Shown: piece by piece, positions 40,971 through 53,918 of the stretch
Layout: every line of letters begins with the position of its first letter
How positions within the stretch are numbered: the stretch's first letter is position 1
Source: Haliotis cracherodii
Lineage: Eukaryota
Reading direction: 5' to 3'
Assembly (NCBI RefSeq): GCF_022045235.1
Contig: NW_027266265.1
Location: 25,544,001 to 25,608,000, forward strand
DNA length: 64,000 nt
Notes under the pieces: model-generated
What the model was told of the DNA's origin: nothing
Seen by the model: the letters and a program-made list of their open reading frames with translations, nothing else
The model's database searches: none
Made by a program: the position numbers and the translations under genes

Positions 40971-43900
40971 CTCATCTTCCGTCACAAGATACAACAAGTA
41001 ATGGAACTCATCTTCTGTCACTAGATGCAGAAAGTAATGGAACTCATCTTCCGTCACTAGACGCAACAAGTATTGGAGCTCATCTTCCGTCACTAGATGC
41101 AGCAAGTAATGGAGCTCACCTCCCGTCACTAGACGCAACAAGTAATGGAACTCATCTTCCGTCACTAGACGCAACAAGTAATGGAACTCATCTTCCGTCA
41201 CTAGATGCAGCAAGTAATGGAGCTCACCTCCCGTCACTAGACGCAACAAGTAATGGAACTCATCTTCCGTCACTAGATGCAACACGTAATGGAGCTCACC
41301 TCCCGTCACTAGACGCAACAAGTAATGGAACTCATCTTCCGTCACTAGATGCAACAAGTAATGGAGCTCATCTTCCGTCACTAGACGCAACAAGTAATGG
41401 AACTCATCTTCCGTCACTAGATGCAACAAGTAATGGAGCTCATCTTCCGTCACTAGACGCAACAAGTAATGGAGCTCATCTTCCGTCACTAGATGCAACA
41501 AGTATTAAAGCTTATCTTCCGTCACCAGACGCAAGAAGTAATGGAACTCATCTTCCGTCACTAGATGCAACAAGTAATGGAACTCATCTTCCGTCACTAG
41601 ATGCAACAAGTAATGGAGCTCATCTTCCGTCACTAGACGCAACACGTAATGGAGCTCATCTTCCGTCACTAGATGCAACAAGTATTGGAGCTCATCTTCC
41701 GTCACTAGATGCAACAAGTATTAAAGCTTATCTTCCGTCACCAGACGCAAGAAGTAATGGAACTCATCTTCCGTCACTAGATGCAACAAGTAATGGAACT
41801 CATCTTCCGTCACTAGATGCAACAAGTAATGGAGCTCATCTTCCGTCACTAGACGCAACACGTAATGGAGCTCATCTTCCGTCACTAGATGCAACAAGTA
41901 TTAAAGCTTATCTTCCGTCACCAGACGCAAGAAGTTATGGAACTCACCTTCCGTCACTAGACGCAACACGTAATGGAGATCATCTTCCGTCACTAGACGC
42001 AACAAGTAATGGAGCTCATCTTCCGTCACTAGATGCAACAAGTATTGGAGCTCATCTTCCGTCACTAGACGCAACAAGTAATGGAACTCATCTTCCGTCA
42101 CTAGACGCAACAAGTAATGGAGCTCATCTCCCGTCACTAGATGCAACAAGTATTGGAGCTCATCTTCCGTCACTAGACGCAACAAGTAATGGAGCTCATC
42201 TTCCGTCACTAGATGCAACAAGTATTGGAGCTCATCTTCCGTCACTAGACGCAACAAGTAATGGAACTCACCTTCCGTCACTAGATGCAACAAGTTATGG
42301 AACTCATCTTCCGTCACAAGACGCAACAAGTTATGGAACTCACCTCCTGTCACTAGACGTAACAAGTAATGGAGATCATCTTCCGTCACTAGATACAACA
42401 AGTAATGGAGCTCATCTTCCGTCACTAGACGCAACAACTAATGGAGCTCATCTACCGTCACTAGACGCAACAAGTTATGGAACTCATCTTCCGTCACTAG
42501 ATGCAACAAGTTATGGAACTCATCTTCCGTCACAAGACGCAACAAGTTATGGAACTCACCTCCTGTCACTAGACGTAACATGTAATGGAACTCATCTTCC
42601 GTCACTAGATACAACAAGTATTGGAGCTCATCTTCCGTCACTAGATACAACAAGTTATGGAACTCATCTTCCGTCACAAGACGCAACAAGTTATGGAACT
42701 CACCTCCTGTCACTAGACGTAACAAGTAATGGAGATCATCTTCCGTCACTAGATACAACAAGTAATGGAGCTCATCTTCCGTCACTAGACGCAACAACTA
42801 ATGGAGCTCATCTACCGTCACTAGACGCAACAAGTTATGGAACTCATCTTCCGTCACTAGATGCAACAAGTTATGGAACTCATCTTCCGTCACAAGACGC
42901 AACAAGTTATGGAACTCACCTCCTGTCACTAGACGTAACATGTAATGGAACTCATTTTCCGTCACTAGATACAACAAGTATTGGAGCTCATCTTCCGTCA
43001 CTAGATACAACATGTAATGGAACTCATTTTCCGTCACTAGATACAACAAGTTATGGAACTCATCTTCCGTCACTAGACGCAACAAGTAATGGAGCTCATC
43101 TTCCGCCACTAGACGGTACAAGTAATGGAGCTTATCTTCCATCACTAGATGCAACAAGTAATGGAACTCATCTTCCATCACCAGACGCAACAAGTAATGG
43201 AACTCATCTTCCGTCACTAGACGCAACAAGTAATGGAACTCATCTTCCGTCACTAGACGCAACAAGTAATGGAGCTCATCTTCCGTCACTAGATGCAACA
43301 AGTAATGGAGCTCATCTTCCGTCACTAGACGCAACAAGTAATGGAACTCATCTTCCGTCACTAGACGCAACATGTAATGGAACTCATCTTCCGTCACTAG
43401 ACGCAACAAGTAATGGAACTCATCTTCCATCACTAGACGTAACAAGTAATGGAACTCATCTTCCGTCACAAGACGCAACAAGTTATGGAACTCACCTTCC
43501 GTCACTAGATGCAACAAGTTATGGAACTCATCTTCCGTCACAAGACGCAACAAGTTATGGAACTCACCTCCTGTCACTAGACGTAACAAGTAATGGAGAT
43601 CATCTTCCGTCACTAGATACAACAAGTAATGGAGCTCATCTTCCGTCACTAGACGCAACAACTAATGGAGCTCATCTACCGTCACTAGACGCAACAAGTT
43701 ATGGAACTCATCTTCCGTCACTAGATGCAACAAGTTATGGAACTCATCTTCCGTCACAAGACGCAACAAGTTATGGAACTCACCTCCTGTCACTAGACGT
43801 AACATGTAATGGAACTCATTTTCCGTCACTAGATACAACAAGTATTGGAGCTCATCTTCCGTCACTAGATACAACAAGTTATGGAACTCATCTTCCGTCA

Positions 43901-44780
43901 CAAGACGCAACAAGTTATGGAACTCACCTCCTGTCACTAGACGTAACAAGTAATGGAGATCATCTTCCGTCACTAGATACAACAAGTAATGGAGCTCATC
44001 TTCCGTCACTAGACGCAACAACTAATGGAGCTCATCTACCGTCACTAGACGCAACAAGTTATGGAACTCATCTTCCGTCACTAGATGCAACAAGTTATGG
44101 AACTCATCTTCCGTCACAAGACGCAACAAGTTATGGAACTCACCTCCTGTCACTAGACGTAACATGTAATGGAACTCATTTTCCGTCACTAGATACAACA
44201 AGTATTGGAGCTCATCTTCCGTCACTAGATACAACATGTAATGGAACTCATTTTCCGTCACTAGATACAACAAGTTATGGAACTCATCTTCCGTCACTAG
44301 ACGCAACAAGTAATGGAGCTCATCTTCCGCCACTAGACGGTACAAGTAATGGAGCTTATCTTCCATCACTAGATGCAACAAGTAATGGAACTCATCTTCC
44401 ATCACCAGACGCAACAAGTAATGGAACTCATCTTCCGTCACTAGACGCAACAAGTAATGGAACTCATCTTCCGTCACTAGACGCAACAAGTAATGGAGCT
44501 CATCTTCCGTCACTAGATGCAACAAGTAATGGAGCTCATCTTCCGTCACTAGACGCAACAAGTAATGGAACTCATCTTCCGTCACTAGACGCAACATGTA
44601 ATGGAACTCATCTTCCGTCACTAGACGCAACAAGTAATGGAACTCATCTTCCATCACTAGACGTAACAAGTAATGGAACTCATCTTCCATCACTAGACGC
44701 AACAAGTAATGGAACTCATCTTCCATCACTAGACACACCAAGTAATGGAAAGCATCTTCCGTCACTAGATGCAGCAAGTG
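40971..44780. repeat. 36-bp minisatellite, ~106 copies, with higher-order structure
   Basis: Unit CTCATCTTCCGTCACTAGACGCAACAAGTAATGGAA; register kept throughout; variant blocks recur at 360 and 1224 bp. Confidence 0.98.
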
Positions 44781-45030
44781 AAGGGATTCATCACCTGTCA
44801 AGCAATGTATAGACGACCTGGCGTTCTTGTCTCTGGGATCACAGTACCTCAAGGAAACAGAACAAACAAAATAACTAAGATGAGACATGTATTTAAGGTT
44901 TTTATTACACCATTTAATACAGATCAGATCAACAACGCTACATCCTCTTCACATCGAGGTTGAATGAAGCCTTTCTGGCCATCTACCAGGGCACCGATTC
45001 ACAAAGTGATAATTACTGTCGTAAGTTTGT

Positions 45031-45194
45031 GAGTGAGAGAGTATGGTTTTACGCCGCGTTGAGCAATATTCCAGGAATATCACGGCGGGGGACAACAGAA
45101 ATGGGTTTCACACATTGTACCCATGTGGGGAATCGAATCTGGGTCTTCGGCGTGACAAGTGAGCGCTTTAACCACTAGTCTACCCCACCGCCCC
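45031..45194 (-). mobile_element. tRNA-derived SINE inserted in a small MITE (~44990-45262)
   Basis: On the - strand: GGGGCGGTGGGGTAGACTAGTGGTTAAAGCG (A box)...GATTCGATTCCC (B box)...TGGAATATTGCT...GGCGTAAAAC, ACTC tail; flanks GTAAGTTTGT and GTAAGACTGT form an imperfect TSD. Confidence 0.85.
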
Positions 45195-45927
45195 GTAAGA
45201 CTGTGCTAAAGTATGGAAGTTACGATCGTCTTAACGCTAAGATCACTTTATGGAACCAGTGTACGGCCAGCAGGGGCACTCGTATAAGGATTCTGCCTGG
45301 TAACACCTATCATTCTCGTTCTCTAAAAGATAGCGTCAGACACTATGGAATTGTTGTACTCAGGGTCATGGGCTAACACACACGGGAGACACGCGTGGGC
45401 CCCGGACAGCGAAGTGCAGGTTCAGTAACAGCCCTGTATTTGAGCTTGTATCAGATATTGGAACAGCCATGGTAATCACGGCTGTGTGAAGTTGACAGGA
45501 GTGTCTATTTCCACAGCTACTCTTGAAAAGTAGTCACCGAAATATATAGAAAAGAAGTTGGGGCCTCAGTAAGTTAGTGTGTGTAAATACAGGACAATGC
45601 CACCTGTTTGCGTCATTTAACCCCAGCTGACTCAAGGCACAAACATAGTCTTATTTACAGTTTTGGACTCGCTTACGCGTGAAAAATACACGATTTTGTA
45701 CAAATAGGACACGAATGACGACATTTCGAAAAGTCCGGTAAGTGAACAATAACAGGGCTCACCCAAGTAACGCCAACCCCTTCCTGTCTACAGTATTCCT
45801 AGATGCTCTACACCAACCTGGTCTTTTGCTAAACCTCTGGTGTTGTTCACGACATTGATGCGTATTAAAGATCATTCACATCGTTTACTTACAAGTAGGC
45901 CAGATCAGTTCAGTTACATATATTATG

Positions 45928-46211
45928 GACCCGTGAAGACTCCGGGGTAGAATAGGTCTTCAGCAACCCATGCTTGCCGTTAAAGGTGACTATGCTTGTC
46001 GTAAAAGGCGACTAACGGGATCAGGTGGTCAGTCTCGCTGACTTGGTTGATGCATGTCATCGATCCCAATTGCGTGGATCGATGCTCATGATATCAATAA
46101 CTGGATTGTCTGGTACAGACTCGATTATTTACAGACCGCCGTCATATAGCTGGAATATTGCTGAGTGCGGCGTTAAACAACCAACCAACTAACCAACTAA
46201 CCAAACAACAT
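45928..46211 (+). mobile_element. Full-length SINE-like retroposon lacking a tRNA head
   Basis: TSD TATTATG (45921-45927, 46212-46218); (AACC/AACT)n tail; related copies at 20703, 25305 and 60744. Confidence 0.85.
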
Positions 46212-46454
46212 TATTATGGTGTTTTTTTCATTTTAGAACGCCTTTGCAAAATTAAGGCTACTTTTACCATTATTTTGGCAATGCAATAATGAATGAGCGT
46301 CCATCAGTGTCATCTTGTTGCAACACATTTGGGTCACATAGATAATTCGACGAAAAGAACAGAGATCAGGGCATTGTAAAAATAAAAAAAACATTGTTAA
46401 AATTATGTGCAATGTTTGTGTTGTAATATCATTCTCATTCAGTGACACATTGGC

Positions 46455-47368
46455 TTATAAACTTTCACCATCAAAAGCTTTGTTATCATAGTTGACCCTC
46501 TCTGCTTTGTCTTCAGTAACATCGACCTGGGTCTTCTTTCTGCAGCATTTACAGCAGCCACACAACACCTGCAACTTAGTGATCTTGTTGTCGTAAGGCT
46601 GTAAGGAGCGCAACCACAGTGGAATGCCCATGTTCTCAAAGCTCTGTAGACGATAGGGCAGGCGCGGGCGAATGCGATCGCTGTTCTGGAGACGGTTCAT
46701 GGTGATGACGAAAACGATCAGCACAATGACAGGGACACCAAACCCAACGAGGTATTCCCATCCGGCCAATGAAAGTCCAAACACAAGTATAGGGAAAAAA
46801 AGAAATACAAGAAATATGTAGAAAATCGGGAACCAGCGATATTCTGCAGTTACTGAACCCAGTGCCTTTGCCAGACGGATTGGGACTTGTCTAGCAGGCC
46901 AGATCCCGTACCATATTAAAATACCACTAATGTTGAACAGTAGGTGACAGAAGGACACCTGGAGGGAGTTCTTGAAGCCTGTGCTATCTGATGCCAAAGC
47001 AGCTAAGATACTGGTGAAGGTAGTACCGATATTAGCTCCGAGAACAAGGGGAAACACACGGTCCACCTTGATAACGCCCATTCCCACGAGGGGGGTGAGA
47101 GTAGAGGTGAAGATGGAGCTGCTCTGGACCAGGAAGGTGAGTCCAGCGCCGACCAGCATGACCACGTAGCCGGTTACTGGACGTAGAATACCAGGTAAGT
47201 CAGCGTTCACTATCTTCCGGATTACCTTGGCAATCGCCCCTTTCAGCAGCGACTGCAGGATCTTCACGATCAGCACGAGGCACGTGCATAACGTGATTAG
47301 TGCAACCACCAACAGGATCAGGCCGACCTCAGTATCTGAGAGACTGGTCTCCATGAACAGGTGTTCAC
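46455..47368 (-). CDS. SLC34A2: SLC34 Na/Pi cotransporter, terminal exon
   Basis: gtcAG acceptor; (C)EHLF...VQSSSIFTSTLTPL...LGANIGTT...HLLFNISGI...YRWF...DGESL*; contains the second QSSS repeat. Vertebrate paralogue assignment is nominal. Confidence 0.95.
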
Positions 47369-47749
47369 CTGACAACGATATGAGTTGAACATGTTCATGT
47401 GATGTTAGTATATGTATAGATAGATATATGTACAATTACAGCCAGCTTAAGCAATTCATTTCCTTGTTTCCGAAAACCGAAAACTTAGGGGACTTAAGGG
47501 GAGAGAGATCGGCCTTACGACCTTAGACTGTATCATACTGTGCAGACCAATCATGTTATGTATATAAAATTATGCTCCCAATACATGTAACATTTAACCA
47601 GGCCCGCCGCCACCACCCTTCCACTCTCTCTGTGACTCACACACATACACATACACACACACGCACACACACGCACGCACACTCACGCACGCACACAAAC
47701 ACTTATAGTAGTTTACACAAAACATACGTAGTTCAATGTATATACTTAC

Positions 47750-47776
47750 AGTCTTCGGCACACGTTGAATTTTCAC
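47750..47776 (-). CDS. SLC34A2: SLC34 27-nt microexon (extracellular loop)
   Basis: tttgtttcAG and GTaagt; phase 1-1; encodes (G)ENSTCAED(C) and supplies the T of the conserved Cys in CEHLF. Confidence 0.8.
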
Positions 47777-47859
47777 CTGAAACAAAAATTTGGTGTTTTA
47801 TTAATTTTTTTTTAACAACAAAGCTTGTTCCAGAGCAGTTGTACTGAGATATGGCCAAC

Positions 47860-50256
47860 CACTGAACAGCGGGCAGGCAGCTTCACCCGCTATACACACA
47901 TTACAAGTACTGAACAGTGGGCAGGCAGTTTAACCCACTATACACACATGACAAGTACTGAACAGTGGGCAGGCAGTTTAACCAACTATACACACATTAC
48001 AAGTACTGAATAGCGGGCAGGCAGTTTAACCCACTATACACACATGACAAGTACTCGACAGTGGGCAGGCAGTTTAACCCACTACACACATGACAAGTAC
48101 TGAACAGTGGGCTGGCAGTTTAACCCACTATACACACATTACAAGTACTGGACAGTGGGCAGGCAGTTTAACCTACTACACACACACTACAAGTACTGGA
48201 CAGCGGGCAGGCAGTTTAACCCACTATACACACATGACAAGTACTGGACAATGGGCAGGCAGTTTAACCCACTATACACACATGACAAGTACTGAATAGC
48301 GGGCAGGCAGTTTAACCCACTATACACACAGTATAAGTACTGAACAGCGGACAGGCAGTTTAACCCACTATACACACATGACAAGTACTGAACAGTGGGC
48401 AGGCAGTTTAACCAACTATACACACATGACAAGTACTGAACAGTGGGCAGGCAGTTTAACCCACTATACACACAGTATAAGTACTGAACAGTGGGCAGGC
48501 AGTTTAACCCACTATACACACATGACAAGTACTGAACAGTGGGCAGGCAGTTTAACCCACTATACACACATGACAAGTACTGGACAATGGGCAGGCAGTT
48601 TAACCAACTATACACACTATACACACATGACAAGTACTGGACAGCGGACAGGCAGTTTAACCCACTATACACACATTACAAGTACTGGACAATGGGCAGG
48701 CAGTTTAACCAACTATACACACATAACAAGTACTGGACAGTGGGCAGGCAGTTTAACCCACTATACACACATGACAAGTACTGGACAGCGGACAGGCAGT
48801 TTAACCCACTATACACACATGACAAGTACTGGACAGCGGACAGGCAGTTTAACCCACTATACACACATGACAAGTACTGAACAGTGGGCAGGCAGTTTAA
48901 CCAACTATACACACTATACACACATTACAAGTACTGGACAGCGGACAGGCAGTTTAACCAACTATACACACTATACACACATTACAAGTACTGGACAGCG
49001 GACAGGCAGTTTAACCAACTATACACACTATACACACATTACAAGTACTGAACAGTGGGCGGGCAGTTTAACCAACTATACACACATTACAAGTACTGGA
49101 CAGCGGACAGGCAGTTTAACCCACTATACACACATAACAAGTACTGGACAGCGGACAGGCAGTTTAACCCACTATACACACATGACAAGTACTGAACAGT
49201 GGGCAGGCAGTTTAACCAACTATACACACTATACACACATTACAAGTACTGGACAGCGGACAGGCAGTTTAACCAACTATACACACTATACACACATTAC
49301 AAATACTGGACAGCGGACAGGCAGTTTAACCAACTATACACACTATACACACATTACAAGTACTGAACAGTGGGCGGGCAGTTTAACCAACTATACACAC
49401 ATTACAAGTACTGGACAGCGGACAGGCAGTTTAACCCACTATACACACATTACAAGTACTGGACAGCGGGCAGGCAGTTTAACCCACTATACACACATGA
49501 CAAGTACTGAACAGTGGGCAGGCAGTTTAACCCACTATACACACATTACAAGTACTGAACAGCGGGCAGGCAGTTTAATTAACTTTACACACATGACAAG
49601 TACTGAACAGTGGGCAGGCAGTTTAACCCACTATACACACATTACAAGTACTGAACAGCGGACAGGCAGTTTAACCCACTATACACACATTACAAGTACT
49701 GAACAGCGGGCAGGCAGTTTAACCCACTATACACACATTACAAGTACTGAATAGCGGGCAGGCAGTTTAACCCACTATACACACATTACAAGTACTGGAC
49801 AGTGGGCAGGCAGTTTAACCCACTATACACACATGACAAGTACTGAACAGTGGGCAGGCAGTTTAACCCACTATACACACATGACAAGTACTGAACAGTG
49901 GGCAGGCAGTTTAACCCACAATACACACATTACAAGTACTGGACAGTGTGCAGGCAGTTTAACCCACTATACACACATGACAAGTACTGAACAGTGGGCA
50001 GGCAGTTTAACCCGGTATACACACAGTATAAGTACTGAACAGTGGGCAGGCAGTTTAACCCACTATACACACATGACAAGTACTGAATAGCGGGCAGGCA
50101 GTTTAACCCACTATACACACATTACAAGTACTGAACAGCGGACAGGCAGTTTAACCCACTATACACACATGACAAGTACTGGACAGCGGGCAAGCAGATT
50201 CACCCGGTATACACACAGTATAAGTACTGAACAGTGAGCAGGCAGTTTAACCCGCT
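47860..50256. repeat. 48-bp intronic minisatellite (with 57-bp variants), ~48 copies
   Basis: Unit CTATACACACATGACAAGTACTGAACAGTGGGCAGGCAGTTTAACCCA. Confidence 0.97.
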
Positions 50257-50340
50257 ATACATACATCCTACCCGTACTGACCTGTGGCCATGTCATGAGA
50301 TGATGGATTGTTACGTCTCTAGAACCCCGCGTGAGCTCAC

Positions 50341-50419
50341 CTTTACCACAGCAGAACTTGATTAGGGTGTCTGTTGTGTTATCTCCCCTTGCGATGGCTC
50401 GAATCACATCATTGTCCAG
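50341..50419 (-). CDS. SLC34A2: SLC34 exon
   Basis: cctcAG and GTgagc; encodes LDNDVIRAIARGDNTTDTLIKFCCGK. Confidence 0.9.
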
Positions 50420-50738
50420 CTGAGGAAAACAAGGCACCAGTTCCTTTAACCTGTCTTACAAACTGGTTTTGATATATCATAAGTCACCATAACAATGCTG
50501 TTATCATAACATCGTGAAGCCTACAAGCAAACGTCAGCTAACTTTAAGATAGAACCTGATTCCTTATTGCTGCCGGAAAACGAATAGTATACAGAAATAT
50601 GGTCCGGCCATTCAGAGAAACATCAGGATAAACCACAAATGGGTTCGGTCACACATATAGATAATATTATTGTGTGGTTTATCCTGATGCTACATGGTGT
50701 TGGCAGGGTGGGCCTCTGTGCCAGGAGTGTACTCTCAC

Positions 50739-51046
50739 CTCTACAATTTTCCCAGTCAGAGGTTTGGTGATGGCCTTGAGCAGATCCGGGTTTTCAACAT
50801 TAGGATCAGCGTTGATGTTCTGCACCATCAGTCCAGACAGGCTATACAAATAGCCACTTGCGACCTCTACCGGTAGCAGCACCAACACCGTCAGCCAGTT
50901 GAACATGTCATGTAGAACGGCGCCCCCAAAAGCGCGTCTAAACCGGTCTCTGTCCCCGATCTGACCCAGGGAGACGAGCACGTTGGTAATAGTCGTCCCG
51001 ATGTTCGTGCCCATTATGATGGGGATAGCAAGCCGAGTGGGCAGCA
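50739..51046 (-). CDS. SLC34A2: SLC34 exon
   Basis: ttttctAG and GTgaga; encodes AIPIIMGTNIGTTITN...FRRAFGGAVLHDMFNWL...ITKPLTGKIVE. Confidence 0.95.
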
Positions 51047-51464
51047 CTAGAAAAGGAATGAATTGGGTTTAGCATCACATGGAACAGTATTTCGGTTGTG
51101 TCACAGCGTGTCAGGGATCCCAAATTGACGCTGGTTGTAGACGTGCGCCACTTGGTAAAAGCATGGACGTGACGTGGATTTAACAGATCAAGGATCATAA
51201 TCAATGCCAATATGGGATTGGAACACACGCCCAGTAGACCCTATCACGGGTAAAGTAGGACGCAACATAGAGAGACAGAAGCTAATGAAACATCGACATG
51301 GGGCACTTGGTCACACCTCCTCTCTCTAAGAGATGCAAACGGGAAATATGGGGGGTTGTATCCTCAAATTAAACTGGGACTATTAGATGTGTTTACTCAA
51401 GGCAAACTCTAGAGTTCGAGATACACTAGTTCCTGCCCAAGGCGAGTACTGGAATGCTACTGAC

Positions 51465-51608
51465 TGCCGGCGGACACCATGGAGACGATGATGGAGGTGG
51501 AGGTGGAGGAACTCTGTACCAGTACGGTTGCCAGGACGCCGACCATCAGCCCGGCCACGGGATTAGAAAGGAGCTCCACATCGCTGAGCGCTTCTCCTGC
51601 AGCTTTAC
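51465..51608 (-). CDS. SLC34A2: SLC34 exon (first QSSS motif)
   Basis: tttcAG and GTcagt; encodes GKAAGEAL...[33 protein letters not shown]. This frame is absent from the ORF track. Confidence 0.95.
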
Positions 51609-51997
51609 CTGAAACACATCAATGGCGACACTCGACAATATCTTTAGCAGGGGAGAGTCCAGATGAGATGTGCATGTGATGTGTGTTTTTGCGTATGTAA
51701 AAAAAAAGGTCTGTGTGTGTGTCTGTGTGTGTGTGTGTGTGTGTCTGTGTCTGTCTCTGTGTGTGTGTCTTTACGAGCCGCCACAGCCATGTGTATGCGT
51801 GTGTGTATAAGTCGTCACAGCCATAGGTGTGTATAAGTCGCCATGGCCATGTATTGTTCCATACCCCTTCCCAAACACACAAATACACAAACACACCCGA
51901 GAGGAGCAATAAACGTCACAGCCGTTGTGACCTGCGACACTTGACTGTATGGGGGATATAGAGTGGTCAAGTGGTATTCACGGTAGGTGAGCCGAGG

Positions 51998-52164
51998 NNN
52001 NNNNNNNNNNNNNNNNNNNNNNNNNNNNNNNNNNNNNNNNNNNNNNNNNNNNNNNNNNNNNNNNNNNNNNNNNNNNNNNNNNNNNNNNNNNNNNNNNNNN
52101 NNNNNNNNNNNNNNNNNNNNNNNNNNNNNNNNNNNNNNNNNNNNNNNNNNNNNNNNNNNNNNNN
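51998..52164. other. Assembly gap or masked run (N)
   Basis: N run in an SLC34 intron. Confidence 0.99.
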
Positions 52165-52734
52165 NCCCCCCGAATCATTATATCACTGAAGCGAAGTAGA
52201 CCATCAACACTAACATTCCACGTAATCATCCAAAGGATCACAAATACTGTCACAGAGACAATTTTTGTCTCCGGTAAAATAGGACAGCGTGTTCTACCTA
52301 TGTTGTTTCCAACCATATTTAATTACAAAACATACAAATTGAGTTGGATAATATTTCCGGAAGACGTGTTCAAACAGTCCTAGTTTCAACTCAGTGCAAT
52401 GTTTACGACGGGTAGTCAGTTCAGGTCTGAAGAGTGGGTGTTAGTTGGGAAATTACAACCCTAATTGAGCAGCTGTCATTCCATCCAATAGTGTCACAAC
52501 TGGCTACGCATACGACACCCACAAGTGAAATCAGAAACATTGTATATGTCCTCGTTTATCGGCTGACAAAATGACCATAATTCTTTATAAAACATCATAT
52601 TCAAAATTATTGTCTGTTTTCATTGATAGCGTCGAGTTCGAAAAGTCAACATATATCCATGTCTACCTATGCCCGCTAACAGTATATATTTATGTGTCGA
52701 GTGATTGAGCTAAGTGGTTCAGCTTCTACACATC

Positions 52735-53918
52735 CCATACAGCGCAGGTGCACACCATATACAGTGCAGGTACACACCACATACAGTGCAGGTACACACC
52801 ACATACAGTGTAGGTACACATCCCATACAGTGCAGGTACACACCACATACAGTGCAGGTACACACCCCATACAGTGCAGGTATACACCACATACAGTGCA
52901 GGTATACACCACATACAGTGCAGGTACACACCACATACAGTGCAGGTATACACCACATACAGTGCAGGTATACACCATATACAGTGCAGGTACACACCAC
53001 ATACAGTGCAGGTATACACCACATACAGTGCAGGTATACACCACATACAGTGCAGGTACACACCATATACAGTGCAGGTATACACCACATACAGTGCAGG
53101 TACTCGCCCCATACAGTGCAGGTACACACCACGTACAGTGCAGGTACACACCACATACAGTGCAGGTATACACCACATACAGTGCAGGTATACACCATAT
53201 ACAGTGCAGGTACACACCACGTACAGTGCAGGTACACACCACATACAGTGCAGGTATACACCACATACAGTGCAGGTACACACCATATACAGTGCAGGTA
53301 TACACCACATACAGTGCAGGTACACACCCCACGCAGTGCAGGTATACACCACATACAGTGCAGGCATACACCACATACAGGGAAGGTACACACCCCACGC
53401 AGTGCAGGTATACACCACATACAGTGCAGGTACACACCACATACAGTGCAGGTATACACCACATACAGTGCAGGTACACACCATATACAGTGCAGGTACA
53501 CACCACATACAGTGCAGGTATACACCACATACAGTGCAGGTATACATCACATACAGTGCAGGTACACACCATATACAGTGCAGGTATACACCACATACAG
53601 TGCAGGTACACACCCCACGCAGTGCAGGTATACACCACATACAGTGCAGGTACACACCCCACGCAGTGCAGGTATACACCACATACAGTGCAGGTACACA
53701 CCACATACAGTGCAGGTATACACCACATACAGTGCAGGTACACACCACATACAGTGCAGGTACACACCACATACAGTGCAGGTACACACCCCACGCAGTG
53801 CAGGTATACACCACATACAGTGCAGGTACACACCCCATACAGTGCAGGTACACACCCCACGCAGTGCAGGTATACACCACATACAGTGCAGGTACTCGCC
53901 CCATACAGTGCAGGTACC
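52735..53918. repeat. 22-bp intronic minisatellite (with 24-bp variants), ~50 copies
   Basis: Unit TACAGTGCAGGTACACACCACA. Confidence 0.97.

Noticed and set aside
40908-44888. Minus-strand LLRLVTEDEFHY repeat ORFs
   Set aside because: Translations of the 36-bp array, broken by recurrent stops and starting at TTG codons inside the unit.
45031-45194. tRNA gene (also 61507-61642)
   Set aside because: The tRNA-like head continues into a body, simple-repeat tail and TSD, so these are SINEs.
48378-49754. 458-aa Thr-rich ORF
   Set aside because: Intronic 48-bp minisatellite antisense to SLC34; neighbouring units carry stops and indels.
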